Source: Atractiella rhizophila (Eukaryota). Taken from it: DNA of 64,000 nucleotides. The first letter of the stretch is position 1, and each line of letters begins with the position of its first letter. The notes beneath the pieces were generated by a model, which ran no database searches, was not told the origin of the DNA, and worked only from the letters and a program-made list of their open reading frames with translations. Below are positions 10,318 to 21,940 of the stretch, piece after piece. A program made the position numbers and the translations under genes. Location: NCBI GenBank assembly GCA_021432655.1, contig MU271202.1:106602-170601 (forward strand), in the 5' to 3' direction.

Positions 10318-13300
10318 CTAGGGCTTGAAAGTGTTCGTGCTGTTGAGCATCTCAGCCAATCGTTTATAATCTACGTAACATCAAGTTAGTCCACATTTAA
10401 AACAAGGAACAATAAAGCACCTTTTAAAAGCGTCGGTATTTCCTCTAGGCGAAGATCTCCCGCCTCGCAGGTCATGAATCGCTCAATAGGTGGACCATAA
10501 TCCTTCTTCTCTTGAGTGGGGCTCGTAGTTGTCGGATTATCGGGCATGAAAACGTTATGCAGGCTGCTAGGTTTGCTCACACTTGCAGAAGGTGAATGAT
10601 GAATACGTTCTCTAGCCAGCGTAGCTAATCGATCTTGAATGGACAGTTTGTCCGTTTGAGTTTGGGTGGTGTGGTCCCCTGCAACCTTGACTTCCGGCGG
10701 TGCATTCGATCCACTAGATAAAATTGAAGAAACGCTACGAATACTTCGTTTGTCCTCATCATCGGGTTTCCTTTGTCCGAAAAGGCTGGCTAGCGCTGCC
10801 GTCGCGGTATTCATAGGCTCTTCCGGGATAACTCTTCCAAAAGGTGCCTCGCTTCTGCTCCTATTTCGAATGTGAGCAACATCTAGTCCTGCGGTCAAGT
10901 TGTTCTCCGGTGCTTGGCCTGGTGTAGATGCTCGACGGAGAACGGATCGTGGCACTCGAAGGGTGCTTGCTGCAATGTTCCCTCCGCCTTGAAGGACTGA
11001 TTTAACGTCGTCAAGGGTCCGCGGACCGATAGCTCCAGGGGAGAACAACATTTTGTACGATGTATCCACGACACCAGACAGCACCTTCGAGGCGGATCCC
11101 ACCATGTTGTCCAATTCGTGGGTGACTTTACCACGTATAGCAGAAGAATAGCTCAGAGTCGAACCGGGACTGTCAAGCCCAATCAATAGGACTGTAAAAT
11201 GGGGCACTTCGACCTGTTGGGCTCACCTAATGACTTTGTTGGTTGCTAATCCCAGCACTTGCGTGTCCACATTCTCCAAGAAATCGGCAACAGCGGACAA
11301 GTTGACGCTACAATATGCAGATTCGCCTCGCATCAAGTGATCAGCGTGAAATCGTTGGATAAAGAGAAGATTTGACACGAGCATCGGTGGATTGCCTTGA
11401 ACGACGGCAAAAATAAGGAGGGGAAGGATAAGATCCGCTGACGAGGTATTTGACTTTTCCGGCTTGCGAGTCAGAGAATCTGTTGAATGATTCCGAGGTG
11501 ATCCAGTAGGGCTTGGCTCTTCGTTCGAGAAAGTAGGCGGAACGGTTTGCTCTGGTAGCTTTATGTGAGGTAAAGCGTCAGAAATGGCATCTTTTGTCTC
11601 TGTACCACCGATGGATTTCGCATCGTCCATTTCCACTTCTTCATTCGCCGGTCTCGTAGAACTGATCGACTTTGTTTCAGCCTTCTCATCTTTTAGCTGG
11701 ATAGGCGGCAATGCACTCAAGCCATCTAATCACTTGATTAGGTGGGTGTGGCTTTAGTGCCTCGACTGACCGACAATCACTCGATGAGCATTCACAAGTA
11801 CCTCCAACTTTGCTGATGGAGTCTTGCAATTCGATGCTTGCAATTTCGAAAGCTCTAAATACGTTGGGTCAACAAGCGATTAGCACTGATAAAATGACGG
11901 ACCGAAACCGCAACCTCTAGCGACTTCCTCTAGCCCATTCTTCACCCTCGCAGCTTCAAACTCGTCCTCTGCCCATCGACCATTCTCAAGGTCAATTCCT
12001 AGATGGTCCAATCCCAGATCTAGAATTGAAAGGGCAGCGATCTTGGACGAGAGATTTTCATCGACTCCTCGGTCAGAAGATATGGGCGGTGGAGGCGAAA
12101 AGATTCTATCATATAGTTCGAAACACAAGACGTCTTCAATTTTCTCAAGAGCTTGGTCGACGACTTCGTCCGTTTTTGCTTGACCGCCACCAACAGTAGC
12201 CAATTCTTTCTTCGCTTCTAACCTTCCTTCTTCTCCTCTGATGATGCCTTTGCGTATGACAATAGCTTCGAGATCTTGTCGCACTGAGTTGAACATATCC
12301 TGCATCCCAGTACTAATATCTTCAATGTGAGCGTTGCAAAGGTGCGGTCCTGGGGTGTGTGCAGGTGGGAGAGTGACGGAATCACTAATGCTGCCCATAC
12401 TCTCGCGTTTGGAAACTTCCTTCAAATGCTCGGTCGTCTCATCCACTGAAAGCTCTTTCGTCAAAGCTGGAGTTGGATGCAGTCTCATGGCGAAACTGGT
12501 CACTGTGATCAGCAGAGTCAAGACGGAAGAAGAAAGTGACAAACTGGCAAACACGGTCAATCGCCGCCTTTTCCCCCTTCCCGCCCAAACCACCAAGGAT
12601 GTCCTTCAACTCAGCTCTCAGCTTAGCATCCAATCCCTTCCCAATGCTCTTGACGACCTTCTTTCGCTTCACACTGGCGTCGATCACCACAACGGGCACA
12701 ACAACGACCCCTCCTTTTAAATCATTGTTTGATGATTCCTTCTCATCCTTCTCTTTGAGCTCTGTCGCGGCGTTAACGTCAGAGGAAGCCGGAATTGTCA
12801 CACTCGAGGCAGTCCGTCCAAAAAATCGACTAAAGCCTGAAGGAGCAGGTGGTTTTTTGACTAGCTGTGGCGTCGATTGTCGCGTTCGCGGGATTGAAAT
12901 ATGTGTTTTTGGCGAAGTTATACCGAATGATGGATACTGCGCAGAAAGGGGTGGGACTGAAGAACCGAGCAGCACTCTGTCCAATCATCAGTCTACACCT
13001 CACAGCTGGCTAGGTTTAAGCAAACCTTTGGTACTCTGAATTGGAGAAGTCTTGAACTTTTGAAGTTGACGCTGCAGCATCTCCAGTGACGGTCTGGGCA
13101 CCGATTCCGCAACTTGACAGTACCAGCGACTTCCTAAGATATGTTAGGCGGCTACATTGAAATAACAAAGCAACTGACTCGGTAATGCCGCCTTTTAAAC
13201 CGCTCAGGGTAACCACGTTTTCCTCCTTTGCCTTTCCTTTGGATGATACGTCGACCGCGAGTTCTTCTTTTGACAAGAGGCAATGGTCTAACAGGAAACT

Positions 13301-14099
13301 GACTGATACGTGCTCTGATGACGGTAAAGGCTCTGTTGGGAGCAGAAGTGTGACCTAGATAGACGTGAGACAGGGAGGAATAAACGTGGGTAAAATAGAT
13401 CCAGAAGGGCTAGTGCCATTCTAAAGCAATGATATGTTACAGAATGGTGTTGACATTCAATGGACCACTGTTATTGGGTCTGCGTGGCTTTGAAGTGATG
13501 TGGAGTGTATAGGTACCGGAATTAAGAATATGCCTTTCTTGCAGGAGGTAGAGAATGGATTTTGGCTCTCAAAGGTATACCAACAGTTCCCTCAATAAGC
13601 TGAGATTGCTTACCTTTCCTCCTTTCAACGCGTCCCACACCCTATCCAGCGCTTCCCGCTCCTCCTTCTGAGTTCCACCTCCATTAGCCAACCAAAACAC
13701 CATCTCCCAACCCGTCGTTCCCGCCGACAATCCCAAATCCTGTAATTGAGCCTTAAGATTCTGATCTCTCAATCGATCCTGAACATTCTTTCCCTCCTCC
13801 ACCTGTCCATGACCAACATTACTGCTCAAGCCGCTCACACTGGTGGTCTGAGGAGGAGCTTTCTTCCGTGTCTGGTAGGTAAGTCCATGATATTGAGGCG
13901 AGGTGGATGCGGGTGGGAAGGTGGAAGAGGTAGGTGAGGAAGACAGGAGTGGGTGTACTGAGGCGTCTAGAGGCGTCGTGAGTGTGGTTCTGGACTTGGT
14001 CCCAGTGGCTCGAGAGAGCGATGCTACTGGGGAAGAATTGCGAGGCCGTGGTGGTAGTTCTGGAGGCATTTGTAGCTCTTCTGGGAGATCTGACTTCAT
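10318..14099 (-). CDS. VPS9-domain Rab5-family guanine exchange factor
   Basis: VPS9 motifs SADLILPLLIFAVV..NPP.LVSNLLFIQRF and GESAYCSVNLSAVADFL; also EDVLCFELYDRIF and C-terminal RFMTCEAGDLRLEEIPTLL..YKRL. Confidence 0.88.
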
Positions 14100-14371
14100 G
14101 GTGACAATAGAAATTATGAGCAGTATTATAGGTGTGAGAGAAGCACTGGATAATTCAGTTGCCCAAACAATAAATTTTGCTGCGGAAAACAATGTGTGAA
14201 GAAGGTTATATATATGGCGCCAGGTTATGGAGGAACACACCATTGGTACTGTCTGCTTTTTGCTTGGTAAAAACGAGCAGATTAATTTGTGGACTGAAAT
14301 GAAATGCGAAATGGAGCACCTGTGGCTTATGGCAGCAGCAAAAATGTTCCAGTCAGGACGACAAAAATGGA

Positions 14372-14453
14372 GGGTCTTTCCGTGGATCGAACACGGGGCC
14401 TCTCCCAGACAGTTAAACCCTAAGGGAGAATCATACCACTAGACCAAAAGACC
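14372..14453 (-). tRNA. tRNA-Pro(AGG) with a 10-nt intron; second copy
   Basis: Its reverse complement is identical over 82 nt to 4610-4691, including the intron, and is followed by a T-run. Confidence 0.96.
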
Positions 14454-14970
14454 TTGTTGATGACGTCTTTAGTCACAAAAATTTTATATTCTATAATGGC
14501 CCACTGCTAAGTTGTTGCCCTGAGGTCCACTAACCGAAGTGTATTGATTCTTTGATTCTGGGAAGTTCGAGGTTCAAGCAGGTTCAAGTGTTCTGAAGGT
14601 GTCACAGAAGGTGTCTTCAACTTAATAGAGTCCTGAGCAGTAAGTCCTCTTTCCTTCGTCCTTAGACTTCCTCCCCATCAAACATTTGTTTCCAAATTTG
14701 GCTCGTCGTATGGATTTGTCTCGTTGAGACAGTAACGTGCGCATAAGAAGTCGATAAGTGATTACGAAGCATTGGCTAGGATCTTTTGGTATTTACAGAT
14801 AATTTGCTGTTCACGCACATTCTCGAGATCGAGTGACTTCGAAGTACTCAGTAGATATTTAGGGCGACCACTGACCAGCGCGTTTGGTGATCAGGACATG
14901 GTTTCTGTTCAAGTTACTATTAAAATAAGCAAGGTAGGTCTCCGAATTCAAAAAGATTAAGCAGTCTGAC

Positions 14971-15489
14971 ATGTTCGCTGCAGGAGGCCTCCAAAACCCC
15001 TTCAAGGTCGTCAAACCTCTTACAAACGATCTCCTCTATCTTCCAACACGTCACCGGCGGCGAAAACCAGGTCTTGAACTGTCCGTCCTCCTTTTCTATC
15101 CAAAATATAGTGATTTATCGCAATTACAAATAGGGAAACTCCCATTCAGGACAGCCTCGTTCGAATCCCAACTCTCATTCGATGCTCGTTTCCCCTCCTC
15201 TGCTTCAGCCCAAAAGCCCTTCATCTCCCAGTCTCAAAATGTCCAGACTTCCAACCGTTCGATCGGTTTAACCCCACGATTGTCCATGGCTGCGAAACAG
15301 GCGCGAAAGAACAACCTCAGGCTCCGATCGCCAAAACAGCCTCTCCTTCCTCCTCCTCTTCCTCAAGCCCTCGTCTCTCAGCCGCATACCGCCTTCACAA
15401 TAACGGCCCATCCCACGCCAGCTGTAAATCTTACGGCTTTATCCATGGCGGCTAAACAGGCGAGAAGGCAGGCGCTTAGAATGATTTGA
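14971..15489 (+). CDS. Orphan basic, Pro-rich protein with a duplicated LSMAAKQAR(K/R) peptide; 5' structure uncertain
   Basis: 172-aa ORF. The two peptide copies differ almost only at synonymous positions, which supports this reading frame. Confidence 0.5.
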   Translation: MFAAGGLQNPFKVVKPLTNDLLYLPTRHRRRKPGLELSVLLFYPKYSDLSQLQIGKLPFRTASFESQLSFDARFPSSASAQKPFISQSQNVQTSNRSIGLTPRLSMAAKQARKNNLRLRSPKQPLLPPPLPQALVSQPHTAFTITAHPTPAVNLTALSMAAKQARRQALRMI

Positions 15490-16008
15490 GTCTTGTTGTG
15501 TTGCCCTACCCTTCTTTCTTGTGACAGGAAGAGACGTATCTTCTCATAAGCCTCAATCTTGCGCTCGCTTAGTTCTCACCATCCTCTATTTATCTTGCCG
15601 CTCATTTGTTCACATCTGTTGCAAAGAATGGGAATCCTATGTTCCAATGGAACTGCGTCCTTTCCAGCACCAAATGAGCAGACGTCGGACCTATGATTTC
15701 GTGTCTCTGCTTGGACATGAATTGTTGGATTGTGAGGCAAACACGTAGTAAAGCATGCGTCGGGAATCGTGGCCATCCTTCCCAATTCCCAAGCTGACGC
15801 AACCTTCAGACGGGCGAAAACATCAACCAGTCAACCACAGTAGTCTGGTCTAAGAAGCAAAAGGCAGAAATCCTGCTTTGCTAACCAGGCGACTTAGAAT
15901 CGTTGATCATTACCGACGGCGATGCACGCATTATTATCATTACCTCTAAGAAGCCTATCAATCAATGTACAAGAAACCCAACTCCGATTTCCGATTAGAC
16001 GCAGACCG

Positions 16009-18089
16009 CTAACGAACGATGCTAAACGCTCCATCGGCAAACCATTTGGAATTAGCCTCATCGATCTTCTTCTGTTGCGCTGAAGGGTCGACCACTGTCC
16101 GACACAATCCATCAGCTTCCATCCTTTCTACTCCTCACAAGGAGAAAATAGAAAGACGCACGTTCAAGTCCCTGTACTGGCGTAAAGACCAGCGAACTTG
16201 CCAGACCACTCGTGGCCGTCCCACTGGGTCCTTTACCCCTCAAAGCCGCTAGACGGTTCTTATTCATCTTGCTCATCTTCGCTGCACCCACCAACAACCA
16301 GTCATCAGCAACATACAGGCAACGCAAAACCATAGGGAAACTAGTAAGGATAAGATATGAGGAAACGAACCTTTGGACCTCGATTCGCCCATCCCGGCAC
16401 GAACGCGACCGCTGGAAGCACCGACCATTCCCATCCCCTTCGTCTCGTCGTACGCTCCCACCTCTTCCTCCTCCTCTCCAAATCGCATCCTGTTCTGGAG
16501 CTTCCTGAGTTCGGTCTGTGCGAATGCTTCCTTTGCCTTCCGCGCTCTGTTCCCACAGCCGTGTCAGTCAGTAAAAGACGATGGCGGTTGGGACGGATGG
16601 TGGGATGGGATGGGATGGGACGGTGTTGGGGACTGACCGCTTCCCGCCTCTGCGCGCCTTCTTGCCTTCGGCTGGGACGGGTAAGGCTTTGATGATCTTG
16701 GTTGGTGGTGGAGCGGCCAACTTTTCGATCTTGCTCTCGATATCCTCCAGGAGCTTATACCCGTAGCTTCCTATTCAACACAAAAACAAGTAAGACTTCA
16801 GCACTTTCAGTCCATGAGGTCCACATCACTTCACAGTCAGTCGATAGATAGAGAAGAATAAAACATATACCATCCTTATACATCCCCTGCGCATCCATCC
16901 GCACCGCCAACACACATTTCGCCCCCACCGTCCTCTGCACCTTCTGCCTCAACTCTTCCGGCGCTCCTTGAACGACGGGAGACTGATAGATGAAGCCTGT
17001 GTGTCGCTTGAGATGAATGGCCGAGAAGCCAGCGGCGAGTTTCCTCTGCGCTCCTAAGAGGTGGACGTTGCACGCTGGCATCTTTTGCAGGCCGTGTAGA
17101 CCGCCTGCTACTCCGAGGAGTTTGGTGGCGATTCGAGGGCCGAGGATGGCTGAGAGGTTGGGGGCGAGGTATTGGAGTCTGGACTCTACATATTCGAGTA
17201 TCTACGGCACGATGGAAACACATGAGCTTCTTCAAAGGACAACGATGAAAAGCACGGGACGGAATGAGAGGACGAACAGTGGTCTTTGCCCCGTAGAGAC
17301 TCTCCATCATCTCACACGCCTTCACGACCGTCTGCCACGCCGGTTCGCCCAACTGCGGACACACCGTCGTGCTCACTTGCATGGGGACGACCATGGCCAC
17401 CGCCGGCTGAGAAGCGATGATGGGTGCAAGCTGCTCCCTCGTCGCGTTCGCGGTTATGTCTGGCGTGTTTCCGAGGAGGAGGATGGTGCGTGAGTATTCG
17501 AGCGGGTGGGTGACGAGGGATGCGAGGCCGGAGAAACGGGGGGAGTAGTGATCCCGTGTGAACTGATCGTCCATCCCATTGTGTTAGGTGAGGATGGGTG
17601 TTGGGAGGGAGAGACGGTGAGGACGGACCTTGTGCACGAGGATTATCTCGTTGTCTATTTCTACCGCTAGGTTGTTCGCTTGTACTATCAGTTTGTATTC
17701 CACTGAATCCTCGCTTCCCAAATCCGAATCGGACGGGTCCTTGGCTTTGAATTCTTCGATCCTCTATACCATACGACAATCAACCCTCTCCTATCACGAT
17801 GAAGACGAAGAAAAAGCAAACAACACACCAGCAACACCTCCGTCGTGCTCTTCCGTCCCATCAACTTAGCCACACCCTCCACACCCCTCATACTCTTCAA
17901 ATCCATCTTCCCCACCTCCTCCTCATCCAACTCATCAGCAGGCTTCACCCCTCCCTCAGGCACGAGCATCCCAACGTCCACCTCCTCGTCTTTGACCAGG
18001 GAGGGGTCCACTTTCATCTCCTCCTCATTCCCAGAAAGACCGCCGTCTGACCCCGAGAGGTCTGCGAGGAGCTCGTCCGCGAGAGACAT
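16009..18089 (-). CDS. PRP31: U4/U6 snRNP splicing factor Prp31
   Basis: [11 protein letters not shown] start; Nop-domain [15 protein letters not shown] and [58 protein letters not shown]. Confidence 0.95.
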
Positions 18090-19003
18090 CGTTGGCGAAA
18101 GCGAGTAAGGAAGCGACTAAAAGTTTAGGTTGACGAAAGTTCGCCACTGAGCGCGTCGGCAATGAAAGTGGAGCGGCGGATTCCGGTGTTGTCCGCGAAC
18201 GACGAGGGAGATTGAAGTGCGGATTGCCCGACTGCTAGAAGTGGACATCGAGTTGCTGACTGGCAAGGGATAGTTAGGTGAGCTCTTGCTTTGGACTCGG
18301 CGAGGAGAAGTGCTGGTTGTCTTCTTCGAAATGCTCAGTCAGCTCAGCAAAATGTCAACGATAGTCATGTTAGTCGTTGCCTTTACACGATTTCGTTATG
18401 CTATATTGAGAGAATTCTACCGCAAGGGGTTTGCTGCTGGTGACAAATCTTCGGTCATTCGTGGTAGTCTTCTTGAGCGTTGCCTTTTCTTTCGTTGTTT
18501 CTGCCATGGTTTCCACTCGTTTACCGAATTTCGAGGGAAGTAGCTGAGAGACAACTTTTGCTCATGGGGTAGATTGAACCTGAAGCTAAAGAACATTCAC
18601 ATTGTTCACAGAGGGGACCAAGAATGCTGAAGCATACGTGCCCAGAAAGTAGTCACTTTGTTGATGCACAGTGTTTGTGTCCATCGTCTTCCTTATGATG
18701 TTTCTTCAACGTGAACAACCCTTGTTATCCACCGCACGTCGACCAAATGAGAACATTCAAATCCTACTTTCGTCAGATCAAGTTAGAGTCTCTGCCTGTG
18801 TTTAGCGGCGACTATCCTTCAGCATCGTTTTTGAAAACTGCTTCCTACCTACGGTCTCAAAAGAAATTTCACACGCGCTTTCCTCCTTTTGCCACCATAA
18901 GACTATCTTCGCCCTTCGCGGTTTCTTTGTGAAGCATTCTGATGTCTCCTGGGTCTGCTTTCAGGGTTGCACGCATACACATTCCTTAGGACGACATAAC
19001 CCA

Positions 19004-19529
19004 ATGACTGGAGAAAGTTCTACGTCGTTACCTCCTGGTATGGTTTTAGGACCCGATGGTAAACCATGCAAGGTGTGTATTTCCCATCTCCACGACCATC
19101 CTCAAACAAAGACAGGCCTGCACCTCGCTCAAACAATTCACCGCGCAAGGAAAGTTCCTAAAAGCTCAAACGACGCAAAAGCCATGTCCACCAGACCTAG
19201 ACCAACTAGGAAGACACACATGGACCTTCCTCCACTCCACCTGTTCCTACTTCCCCGAAACGCCGAGCACCGCCCAAAAATCCTCCCTGCTTTCACTCCT
19301 CAAAGCACTTCCGACCCTTTACCCCTGTCATCATTGTGCGGACCATTTGGGTACCGCAATGAAGGCCAATCCACCGGACGGGGCGGTGGAGATGGGGAGG
19401 AAAGGAGTGGAGAGGTGGATGTGCGAGATGCATAACGAAGTTAATGGCAGATTAGGGAAACCTATCTTTGATTGTTCAAAGGCGGGCGAACGCTGGAGGG
19501 ACGGTTGGAAGGACGGAAGCTGCGATTAG
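19004..19529 (+). CDS. ERV1: Mitochondrial intermembrane-space FAD-linked sulfhydryl oxidase Erv1/ALR
   Basis: DGKPCKAC shuttle CxxC after removing intron 19073-19115; CPPDLDQLGRHTWTFLH; YPCHHCA; WMCEMHNEVNGRLGKPIFDCSK; ERWRDGW. Confidence 0.95.
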
Positions 19530-19625
19530 ATCGACTCCTCGACCCGACCCGTGTAATTAATTTATTCCTACATTGCATTTGCATCGCACAATTCACAATT
19601 CTACTCCTACTCTCTCATCCTTTAT

Positions 19626-21494
19626 TTATTGTGTCACCTCGTCGAATTTCCGCTTCAGGTGCTCTTTGGCCCGTTTCCTCTTTCCGTGTCCCTTCCGTTT
19701 CGAGCTTTCTCCACCATGTGCCCCACCTCTTTGTCCCTCTTCAGTCCCTTCCTGCTCTGCAGGCATGTCTTCCTTCGCCGCCTCCTCCAATGCTCGCTTT
19801 GAATAGACAGTCAGCTCCCAATAAAGATCAGCCTGCGTCGGAACAATATCTTTTGCCGACTCTATCACCTTTGTTAGCCTGGTCACTGAATGAGCCGGAA
19901 GAAGACGAACCGCTTGCGCTGAGGGAAAGAAAGTGAACCGCATGCCGTGAACTCTGTTCTGCGTTGATAGACGCGATCTGTAGCTGCTCAGCATGTTAAC
20001 AATATCGTCCTTAGAGAAGAAATCAAGCACACTTGAGAGTTGATCGCTTCTACAAGCACGACGGGACAGTCTTTCAATTCTTCTCCTTCGGATGCGAAAC
20101 TGACATCACGGAGAACCTGGATCTGGTTCCCGTTCATGACGGCCATATCGAGAATTGGATAAGCTAAGTCGAGAACGTGCATTGACGAGGCGGTGGCTGT
20201 ACCAGTTGTGGTAGTGTGGAAGAGAGAACGAGGGACAAAGAGCAGGAGAGATGACCTAGCACAACACTCTGTCAATTACACGCATTTCCAAGCACTAAAT
20301 TGGAGCAGCCACGTACCCAGCACTGAAGAGCACGATGCCGCCCTCCTCCACATCAGACGGTTCAAGTAGAACCATCTTGGCTACTGCAAGCTCCGGTATG
20401 CTATCGTCCCTCTCCTCTCCAGCGACTTTCATTTCCACGTCTCCTCCGTCTTCTGCCTCCGTTGGTTGCTTAGGGTTCGGCCGCCTCCTCTTCTTCCATC
20501 TTCGACCCGATCGAAGGTCCTTCACTTTCATGTGTCCCTTCAAGAGGGAGATGTCGACTTTGGATTGGAGTTCGAGAGAAGTTGGAGAGAACCCAAGGAG
20601 GAAGGAGTCACCGCCTCCAGATATTATCAGCGGTGGAAAATCGTGACCTTGATTAGTCGATGGAGGGAGAGGTAGAACAGAAGAGACGAATCTGTATCAT
20701 TTATCATTATCAAATTCATTTTTCGACGGTTCGACGTACTTTGTGTGTCCAAAGCCCCATCCCCTGATCCTCTCGGCTCTGGGGTACTCAGTAACCCTGA
20801 CATGCTCATCGCGATCAGCAGTAACGATGAACTGCTTCCCATCCAAAATCCCAACCTTGATACAAGTCAACATGGAAACGTGCCCCATGATCGGTTCCTT
20901 AAGGTTGCGTTTCCCTTCCATAGCGGATGTGTTGAGCTCCATCTCTTCCGAATTCATCGACATTCTACATTACGGAAAGGTGAGGATGAGAAGCCCGTTG
21001 TTGATGAAATGATTAAAAGAAGAAGGCACACTGATACACGTCTCCGAATTTATCACCTATGAGGATGTTTTCTCCTTCAGCTGTTACAGCTATAGCATTT
21101 GCGCGCTTGAGAAGAGGACTATATTATGGATTGCCGAATTAATGGCATTTTTTTGCGGGAGGAGAGGGACGGGCGAACCGAGAACTTTTCAACTTCAGCT
21201 TGGGTAGTTCCCACACCTTGAGTAACTTATCGTCCCCAGTGGAGATCAAATATATCTCTCCTCCGTCGGTAGATTCGTGAATATAGATTTGTCGGATCAG
21301 TCCTGTGTGAAGGTGCGACTCTTCCATCCCTTTCGTAGAGGCAAGGATACTTTCAAAACTTTTCCAGCACCATGAGATCTCTGTAGTCTAATTGGAAGGG
21401 CGACGCACTGGCGCGAGAATACAACTATATCTCGTCCTAGGACCTGGACTGTAACGTCTCCTGATTTGGTAGACGCAATGCGATGGGAGACCAT
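19626..21494 (-). CDS. TRM82: tRNA m7G46 methyltransferase non-catalytic WD40 subunit (Trm82/WDR4)
   Basis: STGDDKLLKVW; GHVSMLT; IVTADRDEHVRVTEYP...GFGHTK; IISGGGD. Confidence 0.88.
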
Positions 21495-21940
21495 CTTGAT
21501 GATGTTTAACGTGCAGAATTTATGGCGCAGTGTTGTGCTTCGAAGCTGTCCGAGTCTTTAGTGCGGACATGCCTAAGCAATAGAAACACTCATGCACCTT
21601 GATGGACCATATGACAAGACCAGAATGTACAGAAATAATCGCTATGCTAACAGTATGCTCTGGCAAATATTGATATCCTTTTTTGGTCCCGCTTTGCACG
21701 TGCATGTCACCTGCAAATGTTCTACAATGCTCCAATCGATCTTACTGGAGGGTTGATATTCTCATCGACACAAACACGATCTGCTGCTAGTATAATATCA
21801 TGAGATTGTGACGCCCTGAAGTATATACATTTGCATACTTTCTGGAAACTGAGGTACTGTTTATTGCTTATGGCACTGAAATGATGGTTGAGAGTAATGT
21901 TGGTTGAGAAACTAAAGTGTGCTGATGAAACCAAAAATAA

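Noticed and set aside
18541..18590. CTGAGA...GAACCTGA resembling a TPP riboswitch
   Set aside because: The P2 (GGG/CCC) pairing and the downstream TC-x-GG-x-TAAT-x-CC-x-GCG element are absent, and no thiamine gene is adjacent.
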